Below, one piece after another: positions 13,507 to 26,300 of a stretch of DNA of 64,000 nucleotides. This DNA is from Antedon mediterranea. Its lineage: Eukaryota > Animalia > Echinodermata. The translations under genes were made by a program, and so were the position numbers. The stretch is taken from assembly GCF_964355755.1 (NCBI RefSeq), contig NC_092673.1:17481648-17545647 (forward strand), given 5' to 3'. The notes beneath the pieces are model-generated. The model was given only the letters and a program-made list of their open reading frames with translations, was not told where the DNA came from and searched no databases. How positions within the stretch are numbered: the first letter of the stretch is position 1; each line of letters starts with the position of its first letter.

Positions 13507-14357
13507 ATTTGTTGAGAACATTTATTGAATTGAAAAGTAGAGAGTTATTGCTAACATTTCCTTTCAAAACCATGATAAATGCATCCAGCCTTTTATTTCT
13601 CACCCTGTTATTGTGAGGTTCAAGGGAATTGTTCATTGCAAGCTTTCTTGTTTTGTATTCATCATAAATGTTTGTGTTTCAACAATTTGTATGCATTTCC
13701 TTTGTGGTTTAAACCAGGGCAGTTTTTGTATTGTAATTTTCAGGTCAATGATTTGTACCATATAATAGTACAAATTCTGTTTAACTGAGACATTTGAAAG
13801 TCAATGTAAAACCTGCGATTGTTATGCATCATTTACATTTGATATTATTGTAGTCAATACGGTAAAATACAGTTTGGAAGGCATATGTAAATTATCAAAA
13901 TATAAAAAATCAATGACATCATCATCAATGACAGTTAATAATTTTCTGATCATCTTATAGGCAAGTAGAGTGTTTACGACTTGTGAGTTGTATTACTGTG
14001 AGGGTGGTGTGAAATTAAAAATATTTTGTTTGAACTTCCTACATTGTGAACTATGTGCTGGTGTAAACATTTTATGGAATAATGATTTTGTTATAAATAG
14101 TCTGAAATGTCAATCAACCAAAATTCTGAGCTTTAAAGAGGTACATGTCTGAATTAAATGTCCACTGCCCACAATAGTGGAAAATAACCTTAGTAAATAA
14201 TATTTTGACAAATACATTTGGTTAAAGAATTCTGCCATTTACAAATCAACTAACATGTTTAATAATTGTTCCTCTTTGGTTATATATGTTACCCAAAAAT
14301 ATGGAAATTAATCTAATGCAATTTATTCTTTACAGATGACAGCGTAAATAAAGTGAA

Positions 14358-17300
14358 ATGGCAGATTCACAAGGTAATGTTCAGATGATTATAAAATTCA
14401 AATCAAAATCAATCTAATTCCATTCATAAAATGAATGATATAGAATTCTATTAATGTCGGTTTTATAGTCTTAGTACTAATGAGTATTATAAAATAGTTG
14501 ACGATTTAATTGTACAATTCAAGTATATTATATACCTGTATATCAATAGGAATGTATTGTTAATTCAAATATATTTGATGATAATTGATAAATAATTTTG
14601 TAAATGAAGGAGTAAAAAAATACAAAATTGACTACCAAAGAAATGTCATTCTTAGGTCAATGAATATTAATGATAGCATAATCTTGAAGATCATTGCCAT
14701 CATTTAGCCTAATTTGGTACATTTTTTATTATTTTAATTAATAAAAGAAAATAAAACAAATCTATTTAAATCAGTGCATATAACCTATAATTCGTCATAG
14801 TGACGAACTAAATCTGGTTTTATTTGAGTTACTGAAATGTATACTTTGAAATCTTATTTAATCAGTTGAAAAGGATCCATCTGCTATTACTGCTCATGGT
14901 ACAGAGGTTAAGAAAGCATACGTTAAGGCATTGGCTGAGGGATCTGTCAAAGTCAACCTTGGAACGCTTAAAGTGATTGGGCAGGAAGGAGTTGGTAAAA
15001 CTTCCCTTATCAATGCCTTACTTGGAAAGAAGTAAGTACTAGTTAAGTACAGGGAAATGAACATAAGAAGTATGTGAGTCAACTATTAAAGAATACAAAC
15101 TAGCCATTTTCTTTCATTTATTTCACAGGAGAAGATCTTGAATTTTGTTAATGGAAGAGAGTTAATAACTTCTTTGGCACATATAATATTGATAGTCTGT
15201 CTAAAAAAAATAGATATCCAAAAGTTCATAATTTCATCCTAAGGGAAGTGCACTCCTCTAGCCCAACCCCCTCCCACTTGCTTCAGAGCTGTTTCAATAA
15301 ACCACTTATTAATTATTATCACTTTTTAAGTGTCACAATTTGAATACTGATATAAATGATATTAATTAAATGTCTACAAAAATAGATATCAAAAAGTTCA
15401 CATTACGTGTACAGCCCCATTAGAGAATGTGTTCATTTTTACCAACAAGCACGAATGTGCAATACTCGGGGTACAGCGAAAGAAGCTGTAATGACGTCAT
15501 AAGACCAGATATAACGTCACATACACATCAAAAACCGCGCTACCAAATACGGCTATACGATACCATCTTCGAGACGTCATATGGCTGCATCCGGTATGAA
15601 ATTAAAAAATCCGGCTCTCTATAGCTTTGAGGACATGTCCCTGTAGTATATTCATGCTAAATCCGAGCTCAATACTACAACGAATAGGCCTAAGGGAGGA
15701 GTAGTACTTTATAAATTGCACTTTTTGCTCAATAGTGTCCGGATGGAAGAAGAAGAGGAAAAGATGAGAGAGTCCTAGACTCAGGTACCCCGACTAATAA
15801 AACGATATATACTCTATATCATTTTACGTATACAGTATATTTCACCATAAAGTTAAAGAAAAATAGGTTTCGCCAGGGCTCGAACCGGGACCTTCTGCGT
15901 GTTAAGCAGACTTGACAACCACTACACTACGAATCCTCTTACATTAAAAATGTGGGTTACAGAAAGTTTTTTAATCCATTTAAATTACAAATAAATGGTA
16001 ATAAGCACAAAGCAAAATAAACATGTGTAAAAGTGATAATTACCGATTACACAAAATAAGTATTTTAAAAAATAATAAAAATAAGATATACTCTGTATAA
16101 TTATCATATTGCGTATACAGTACTTTTCACCGTAAAGTTTAAAAAAAAAGGTTTAGCCCGGGCTCGAACCAGGTACCTTCTGCGTGTTAAGCAAACGTGA
16201 TAACCACTACGCCAAGAATCCGCATATAACTACATAACGCTGTGGTGTGTGTCACACATTGTGGCTTCTTAATTAAACAAATTAATTAACAAAAAAGCAC
16301 GAATGTGCAATACTCGGGGTACAGAGAAAGAAGCTGTATACAGACGTATACAGTTAAAGTTAAAGAAAAATAGGTTTCGCCAGGGCTCTAACCGGGACCT
16401 TCTGCGTGTTAAGCAGACTTGACAATCACTACACTACGAAACCCACTTACACTAAAAATGTGGGTTACAGAAAGTTTTTTAATCCATTTAAATTACAAAT
16501 AAATATGGTAATAAGCACAAAGAAAAATAAACATGTGTAAAAGTGATAATTACCGATTACACAAAATAAGTATTTAAAAAAATAATAAAAATAAGATATA
16601 CTGTGTATAATTATCATATTGCGTATACAGTACTTTTCACCATAAAGTTTAAAAAAAAAAGGTTTCGTCCGGGCTCGAACCAGGTACCTTCTGGGTGTTA
16701 AGCAAACGTGATAACCACTACGCCAAGAAGCCGCATATAACCATATAACTACATAACGCTGTGGTGTGTGTCACACATTGTGGCTTCTTAATTAAACAAA
16801 TTAATTAACAAAAAATTAAAAATCCGGCTCTATAGCTTTGAGGACATGTCCCTGTAGTATATTCATGCCAAATCCCAGCTCAATACTACAACTAATAATG
16901 GAGGAGTAGTACTTTAAAAATCGCACTTTTTACTCAATAGTGTCCAGATGGTGGAGGAGAAAATGAGTAAGTCCTAGGCCCTGTTCAGACCCATGGCGTT
17001 AGACCGTTTTAGCGTACAACGTTACTATCAAGGTCACGTTACAAACCGCAGAGAAAAAAACGAGGTGTTCAGACCCATAGCGTACGATTATCGTTACAAC
17101 GGAAGTACGTCATCCAGGTTGTTTCTAGTTGCATTCATGTACTCTTACCCACGTGTTTTCATCATTATTTCCACTGTATATAGGCCTAGATCTCAGCCCT
17201 AAATTATGACAAAATTTGCCGTAAATAAAACATACCTCAGCATTTATTTAAGAAAAATATAGTAAAGCCAAATTTCTGTTTCTATTGTTTTTATTTTGTG

Positions 17301-20300
17301 GTAAAAAACATTTTCCCCAGGCTCTTGTGTTACGAAAATAAAGCAGTAAAGTAATGATGAAGAAAAAAATGATTGTGATTACTAGTCTATCCAGTCCAGC
17401 GTTGCCAGCGATAAAATTTAAATTATGCCGTATCCTGTCTCAAATAATGCCAGATTGGGAAAAATAATGCCAGATCCCCAAAATGTGGTCCTAAACAGCG
17501 CCACCAACGGTTGTATGTCTAATAAACGTTTGTAAAACCCCAACTGACACAAAATAGGGCCTAAATTGTATCCCTATGTCGTTCAAAAATTGTATTTTTA
17601 GTTTTGTGAGTAATAACTAATAATTCTAAAAATATCTGGGGTGCGAAAATGGTAATTGCAAATGACACAAACACCAACCCACGAACCCTTCTCCCCCCAT
17701 CCCCCCCCCCAAAAAAAACCTGTTACAGCCATGGAAATTTAGAATTTTTGAGCTGAATATGAGAGCTGCTCGATATTTGCACTTAATTTCAAATATGAAA
17801 GGATCTTAGCCCACGTCACCATAATTAGAAAATGGCAATTATAATTTAAAATAGGAAATTAAAATATATATTAAGTGTCTCCAGGACCTCAGCTCCACCA
17901 TGGCTGGTGCTGAGGTAAGAACATTTGGAAAAATAGAGCTGCTCAATGGGCGGAGATGGCACTTAATTTCAAATATGAAATAAAAATATATTTATTAGTA
18001 CCTCCAGGATCTTAGCCCATCATAGTTTTGGAAATGGCAATTATAATTTAAAATAGAAAATAAAAATATATATTAAGTGTCTCCATGAGGCTGAGGTAAA
18101 AAAAAATGGAAAAATAGAGCTGCTCGATGGGCGGAAATGGCACTTAATTTTAAATAAAAATTACCTCGCCCTCATGGTCACTACTGGGGCTGAGAGGTGA
18201 AGAACATTTGAAAAAATAGGGTTGCTACGACGATGCAAATGGATGGAACATAATTTGAAATATGGAAAACAAATTCTCCTAGAAGAAATTCTTTTTAAAA
18301 TTAGAGCTTCTAATTAGTTACTGGAAATTGCCATTTCAAGGGTTGGGGTAGGGGTGCGGCCACTTATAATTATGAACTGAAACAACAAAACCCCTTTCAT
18401 AATGTTTTCGTTCAATTGTCTCTATATCTGGGGATCCAATAACCTGCATGGTCTCTGAAATAGAGCAACATAATTGGCCAATAGCTAGCCTCTTCGGATT
18501 TGTTGTGCTGCCTATATCGCACACACGGTAGTTTTCGAGCAGCCTTCCTATCCGAAGAATCTATTTAAGTCCGAAACAAAAGGATGGAAGAACTATTGTA
18601 CGGAAAACCCGAACAGATCTGTTTTGTACGATATGATATTGTGTAAGGTGATAATATGTATTAAATTGCAAGATTAACAAAATATTTTATTTTTGTTCTG
18701 TGGTATATTATTTTTTTGGTTGTTCAAAAAACACAAAATTATGCCAGATTATGCTAAAAACGGCTAAATAATGCCGCGGCATTATGCCAGATGCCGTGGG
18801 CCTCTAAATAATGCCAAAAAGCATAATAATGCCAGAAATGGCAACTATGATCCAGTCCAGTCAAAGATATATATTCTTTGGTCCAGTCGGTTGAAAATAA
18901 CCCTTAACTTGCTAATAAAAGGACACAGCTCCCCCTTGTTTGTTTACTGATTTTTTTAGGAGTTAGGGGGTTTTCAGCATTAAACTTGTCCAGTCTAGTC
19001 TGCCTTGTATGAATGAGTGACTTGATATCCCACGCTAGTTTTTAGCTTGAATGAAATGCGTGAATGGCTCTAGGCCTAGCTAGGCCTAAAAGCGGATGGG
19101 ATCGTAGTCACTATGTTTAAATACAAGGTGCATGTATTTATGTCATTTGTTAGAAAATATAATGGTAATCAGTTGATAATAGTTTGTAGCCTTTGTAACA
19201 GTTGTATTTGTAGTGTAGTTAGGCCTTATTTATTCTGGCCTTTTTGTTATTGAAATCCATCTCACACATTGACGATACAAGATGTCAGCCTAGGTCAAAC
19301 CTTGTTTCGCGTCATAACAGGAAACGTTGTGATTGGATACAACGTTGACTTACAGTAGCGTCGTACGCTAAAACGGTACTATCAACCGTTTTCCACTACA
19401 ACGCTACAACCGTTGTACGCTAATCCCCAACTGTTCAGACACACATTCTTTTAGCGTCGTACGCTAAAACGGTCTAACGCCATGGGTCTGAACAGGGCCC
19501 TAGACTCGGGTACCCCGAGTAAAAACTTCGGGTAAATGTCACTTAACCTCCTACTGTGACATGTGTTTATTTAAGTCCAACTTTGATAGGCAGGTCATTA
19601 AACTATTTGATCATTGCTGAATTCTGCTAGTTTTTGCCTGACCATTGACCTTGCATACTGAAGAATGTACCTTGTCCTAATCAATCAATTACAAGAGAGC
19701 TAATAAAATCACATAGTAGGCCTGTTAAGTGACCCAATCCTTCAAATTGTGATAACATTCTGAAACTTTGCACAGTTATTCATTAGGGTGTCAAAAATAT
19801 GAAATGGAAGGGTTGCACAAAATTTGGTCAGGGGAAAGCCGCCATTTTGGATTTCAAAATGGCGGACCCAAATTGTTCACTTTTTAGGTATATCTCTGCT
19901 AAATAGGCACCTAGAGTTCTGAATTTAGGTGCAAATTATATGGTAATGGGGTCACCAAACATATTGGTATAACTAACATTTTAATTGCATGGCGGCCATT
20001 TTGGATTTCAAAATGGCGGACTTCAAATTTTCACTTTTTAGGTATATCTCTGCTAAAGAGGCACCTAGAGTTCTAATTTTAGGTGCAAATTATATGGTAG
20101 TGGGGTCACCAAACATACTGGTATAACTAACATTTTGATTCCATGGCAGCCATGTTGGATTTCAAAATGGCGGATTTCAAATTTTCATTTTTCAGGCATA
20201 TCACTGCTAAAAAGGCACCTAGAGTTCTGATTTTAGGTGCAAATTATATGTTAATGGGGTCACCAAACATATTGGTATAACTAACATTTTGATTGCATGG

Positions 20301-23300
20301 CGGCCATTTTGGATTTCAAAATGGCGGACTTCAAATTTTCACTTTTCAGGTATCTCTGCTAAAAAGGTACACAGAGTTCTGATTTTAGGTGCCAATTATA
20401 TGGTAATGGGTCACCAAACATATTGGTATTTAACTGACATTTTTATTGCATGGTGGCCATTTTGAATTTCAAAATGGCGAACTCAAAATGTTTCAGTACG
20501 GTACCTACAGTTATAATTTTAGGTACAAAGTATAATATAGTATTGAGGTCAACAAACATATTAGTATAACGTCTTTGATTGCATGGCGGCCATTTTGAAT
20601 GTAGCTCAACCCGTACTGGCTTTACACTATTTGTTTATGTTCATAATTACATGCATTTAACACGGACACTTATTGTAGGTCACATTTTCCCTGGCAACCA
20701 CACAGCTCTGTACATCGTAAATCACTCTTTCTGCATTTACAGCATCCAAGATCACAGTCGGTGTGTCCACAGCGAATTAAAACCTTTGTGACATCTGAAA
20801 GTTTCGGCAATGACCTCCAAGCTGGACTAAATGTGTTGCCGTCCTTCCTCTATCCCCAGTTCGCTGGGTCCTGTTTAACCCTGAATGCATCTAGACAGTC
20901 GTACCACTTCCTGGCTTCCGTTTCACATGTTCTCTTAATGCCGCAGATGTTGGGGGATATTTTCAATCGTCTTTCTCTTGTTGTAAAAAGATATCGTCTT
21001 GCATCATTAAATGTTCTGCAGTAGACATAGTTACAACAAACTGTTCTAGATAATCTGTGTCTGTTTCACTAACATGCCCTACAGACAATGACATCCTCTC
21101 AAAAACTGGAGTCATACATGGCATCTTTTTCAAGGTCTCGTTAAATGTAGCTTTACCTTTTCCTTAAACAGATGAAGTTCTATCACAACCGCTAATGGTA
21201 TGAAAGAACAAGTAAGCGGCTGATGCTTGTGATCCAAGAGAAGAAGCAATCTCCTGTATTGGGATGTACTTCAAGTGCTTCCCCACTCCAAACTCGATCC
21301 GAAGCTCGTGGATGCCAGGTATTCTGTGGAAAGCTGACAACAACATCACTGTGTACAGTCTTGACAATGCGTGGAAAATTTCAGCGGCAAGTTTAACATG
21401 AACAAACATACGTTCATCTGCCTCTTCTATGTTACATGGCATCAGCGATTGTATATTTACTGGTTTGTTACAGCTCGGTCTCCCAAAGACCCTACAAACA
21501 TTCCGTGATTTGTGCCAATGTTCTCTACTAATTCAGTTACAATAAATAAAAACAACTCTGATTTGTTGTCATCAAATCTAAAAAATGTGGTCCAATTGTT
21601 GGGCAAGCTCCCGCTGGCTTTAACGACCCTCCTTACACCAGAGACGCGGTTTGAACGCGTACCAGACTTTAAACTGTCGTTAAAGTATCTATCGAAAAAC
21701 AAATCTAGTCGTGTCACTGATCGAAGTTGATGGTTGTATGACACTTGATATATACTCAATGAATGTCTTCGAATCATTGGGCCTGAGCATATTGATTATT
21801 GCTGGTCCATCTAACACCTTGGCAGCAACTAATGGTGCTTCATTTTGTCGTACAACCATAATATAGACCATCAACTTCGATCAGTGACGTGACCAGATTT
21901 GGTTTTTCGATAGATACTTTAACGACGGTTTAAAGTCTAGTACGCGTTCAAACCGCGGCTCTGGTGTAAGGAGGGGCGTCAAAGCCAGTGGGAGCATGCC
22001 CAACAATTGGACCACATATTCGAGATATGATGACAACAAATCAGAGTTGTTTCATTAATTGTAACTGAAGTAGTAGAGAACATTGACACAAATCACGGAA
22101 TGTTTGTAGGGTCTCTGAGAGACAGAGCTGTAACAAACCAGTCTGTAAATATAAAACCGCTGATGCCATGTAACATAGAAGAGGCAGATGAACGTATGTT
22201 TGTTCATGTTAAACATGCCGCTAAAATGTGTCCGCGCATTCTTGTCACGACTGTAGACAGTGATGTTGTTGTTATTTCATTGTCAACTTTCCACAGAATA
22301 CCTGGCATCCATGAGCTTTGGATCAAGTTTGGAGTGGGGAAGCACTTGAAGTATATCTCAATACACAAGATTACTTCTCTTGGATCACAAGCATCAACCG
22401 CTTACTTGTTCTTTCATTCCTTTAGCAGTTGTGATACAACTTCATCTGTTCAAGGAAAGGAATTTGAGACGATGTCATTGTGTGTAGGGGATGTTAGTGA
22501 CACAGATTATCTAGAACAGTTTGTTGTAACTATGTAGAAAGAAGGTAAATGATGCAAGACGATATCTTTTTACTACAGACTATTGAAAATATCCCCCCCA
22601 ACATCTGCGGCATTAAGAGAACATGTGAAACGGTCTTTTCTACAAGCCAGAAAGTGATACAACTGTCTAGATGCATTCAGAGTTGAACAGGACCCAGCAA
22701 ACTGGGGATGGAGGAAGGACGGCAACAAATTTAGTCCAGTTTGGCGTTCATTGCCGGAACTTTCAGATGTCACAAATCGCTGTGACACACCGACTGTGAT
22801 CTTGGACGCTGTAATTGCAGAAAGAGTGATTTATGATGTACAGAGCTGTGTGGTTTGAGCTACATTCAAAATGGCCGCCATGCAATCAAAGACGTTATAC
22901 CAATATGTTTGTTGACCTAAATACCATATTATACTTTGTACCTAAAATTATAACTGTAGGTACCGTACTGAAACATTTTGAGCTTGCCATTTTGAAATTC
23001 AAAATGGCCGCCATGCAATCAAAATGTTAGTTAAATAGCAATATATTTGGTGACCCATTACCATATAATTTGCACCTAAAATCAGAGCACTGTGTACCTT
23101 TTTAGCAGAGATATACCTGAAAAGTGATTGGGGTCCACCATTTTGAAATCCAACATGGCCGCCATGCAATCAAAATGTTAGTTATACCAATATGTTTGGT
23201 GACCCCATTACCATAATTATAATTTGCACCTAAAATCAGAATTCTAGGTGCCTTTTTAGCAGAGATATACCTGAAAAGTGAAAATTTGAAGTCCGCCATT

Positions 23301-26300
23301 TTGAAATCCAACATGGCCGCCATGCAATCAAATGTTAATTATACCAATATGTTTGGTGACCCCACTACCATATATTTTGCATGTAAAATCAGAACTCTAG
23401 GTGCCTCTTTAGCAGAGATATACCTGACAAGTGAAAATTTGAGGTCCGCCATTTTGAAATCCAAAATGGCGGCTTTCCCCTGACCAAATTTTGTGCAACC
23501 CTTCCATTTCATATTTTTGACACCCTAATGAATAACTGTGCAAAGTTTCAAAATGTTATCACAATTTGAAGGATTTGCCTAAAATATGCTCCTTAACATG
23601 CCTACTAACAGGGGTATAATAGGATTCAGGTAATTAATCACCTGCTAAGTTGATTTATCTGATAAGGATTTTGACCAAAAAGTTCTAATGGGGATGTACA
23701 CCTAATGATAATTTCATCCTAAGGGGAAGTGCACTCCTCTAAGCCCCACCCCCTCCCACTTGCTTCAGAGCTGTTTCAATAAACCACTTATTAATTATTA
23801 CCACTTTTTAAGTGTCACAATTTGAATACTGATATAAATGATATTAATTAAATGTCTACAAAAATAGATATCAAAAAGTTTATAATTTCATCCTAAGGGA
23901 AGTGCACTCCTCTAAGCCCCACCCCCTCCCACTTGCTTCAGAGCTGTTTCAATAAACCACTTATTAATTATTATCACTTTTTAAGTGTCACAATTTGAAT
24001 ACTGAAATAAATGATATTAATTAAATGTCTACAAAAATAGATATCAAAAAGTTCATAATTTCATCTTAACTGTTATTGTTAAATGGGGAAGTTCACACCC
24101 CTAGTCCCTCCCCCTTGTTTCTGCACCTGTTTCAATAAACCACTTGTATTAACGTGTCACAATTTTAATACTGATTTCAAATAATAATAATAATATTTAT
24201 TCGGCAAAAGTTCTTAAAAGTACGTTTTACATTTCATCTTGCCAGGATCGAGCAAGTAATAGGCATGAGCCCAAACAGAAAACTGCTGTTACTCCATCAA
24301 TGATTTTCATTTCAGATTTAACCCCAAACATGATGTTACAGATGGCATAGCAGTGATAAGAACTGTAACCACAATATGGACAGAAGATCATGACGATAGT
24401 GGTAAACATACATTAATTTACATTATTATTATCATTGTAAACACTGACAGCATAAGTCTTTTCTCACAGTAAAACAGTATACTACATATTGAAAGATAAA
24501 TTGAAAATAGTTTGGATATTAATTTGCATATTAGCAATAGAGTAACCTGAATAATGTACATACAGACTGATTGTCAAGCATCTAATTTTTTTAATTTCAT
24601 TTCTTATGCATACTTTGTTGCACTGATTGGCGAATGAACAAAATTGGTGAAATGTTTTAAATATTATAGATATTTATTAATATTTAACTATTAATAAAAC
24701 CAATATGATTATATTTTTCTACAGGTAATCCTTCAAAACAGTATACAAAAATGGTCGCTGATAAACTGAGAGGAATGGTAAGTTCATTTAAATAGTGCCT
24801 AGATGACAATTCTAATACTGCTAAATTATATAAATCTTAAACCAAACAGCATGGAATGATTAGAATAAAGTAGACAATGCTAATAATATCTTATTTTTTT
24901 CTTGTGTCAGGTTGACAAGGAATCTCTAGCAGAAGGTAGGCCTACGGAATTCCTTTAAATGTTGTTTTTTGTCAATAATACTTAAAGATAAAAATATCTA
25001 AGAATTTTAATTTATTAACAACTTGTTTTTAACATTTTCAATTCTATGCGATATAAATAAGTTTTCATTTTAGCTGAATTTGAGTGAAATTAAGTTCTCC
25101 TTTCAGTTTAGCCTTATAATTCCTGTAATTTACTGTTCTGCTCTAATAGACAATTTTGTTTTGTAATAACAAAACTTTCAGTTTACTATTATAATTTGTA
25201 TTACTGTATTTTTGTAACTAAAATAATAACAATTATTTACAAAAATTATAATTTTTCTCATAAGTTATTGACAATGCACAAACATTTAGAATAATCTGAT
25301 TTTTAAAAATGTATTTTCCCAATCAAAAGTAGCTAAAGAAACATACAATCTCCATTGTTGTTATTTAATCTATTAACCAATCTATGACAATGATATTGAC
25401 TTTAATGATAAAAATATGACAATGATATTGACTTTAATGATAAAAATAAAATATTGATTACTACTACAAAAATGACAATGACAACAATAGTGATGATAAT
25501 GAATACAACAATGATAATGAGATCAATGAAAATGATTAGAATAATAACTGATGAACAATGATGATAATAATAATTATGATAATATTAATGATGCTATACA
25601 TAAGTGTTGAGTGTGACCAAAAAAAAAATATTTCACTGCAGGTACTGAAGCTATACCATTTGATATAGAGGAACAGTTAGATAAAGATGTAATTCAGGCT
25701 ATTGAACAAAATAAGGGGGAAACATATGAAGACACGATCAACATCTGGGATCATGGGGGACAACACATGTACCATGGTATACATCGTGTAAGTTATGATT
25801 GTATTTGCTTTGAATAAAGTCCATAGACATATAGTATTCTTCTATTCTTCAATATGATAACATTGATTATTTACACAGTGCTTAAATAAAATTTTGTTTT
25901 AAATATTTATTTACTACACTATTTATTTTTAATAGAGAACAATTGCACTTGATAAAAGTGTTTGAGTATTGAAGTTTCAGAAGTTTTTATCTGAGAAACT
26001 TCCTTTTATAGTCCAATTACAGAAGGAAATAATATTTGTATTTCTTTTTTCCTAGATGTTCATGACATCGGAAGCCCTTTACATCGTAGTGTTTGATCTC
26101 AGTAAACCTCTTAATGATCCTGCCAATACCATTGATTCAAATCGAGTAAGTATTTAAAGACAATGTTAAGGTACAGGTATTTGTGATTAAAGATACCTAC
26201 CAGATGAGTGAGACGATTAAGAAAAACATCTAATAACTATTTCATTTTATTTTAATCAAATAAAGATATAATAATAATTGTTTTTTTTATAGAAAAAGCG

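Larger units (their letters stand above)
16289..19525 (-). mobile_element. HINE-like copy 2, carrying two tRNA-Val-like copies and split by a Harbinger-like insertion
   Basis: Same ends as copy 1 (GCACGAATGTGCAATACTCGGGGTAC at ~16297; ACTCGGGGTACCCCGAGT at 19504-19520); 16816-16976 matches 15601-15778. Confidence 0.6.
19714..23607. mobile_element. Academ-family foldback derivative
   Basis: TAG...CTA termini (TAGTAGGCCTGTTAAG / CTTAACATGCCTACTA), 3-bp TSD ACA, ~122-bp subterminal tandem arrays on both sides, and two inverted copies of a decayed transposase 3' end. Confidence 0.85.
15213..24175 (+). repeat. ~177-bp tandem repeat split by an 8-kb TE nest (copies at ~15228-15405, 23709-23881, 23882-24055, degenerate 24056-24175)
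   Basis: Unit ATAATTTCATCCTAAGGGAAGTGCACTCCTCTA...GATATCAAAAAGTT occurs on both sides of the nest. Confidence 0.8.

Noticed and set aside
19835-23480. Regularly spaced palindromic repeats resembling a CRISPR array
   Set aside because: The intervening sequences are also repeated (122-bp tandem units), there are no cas genes, and the context is a eukaryotic Academ element.
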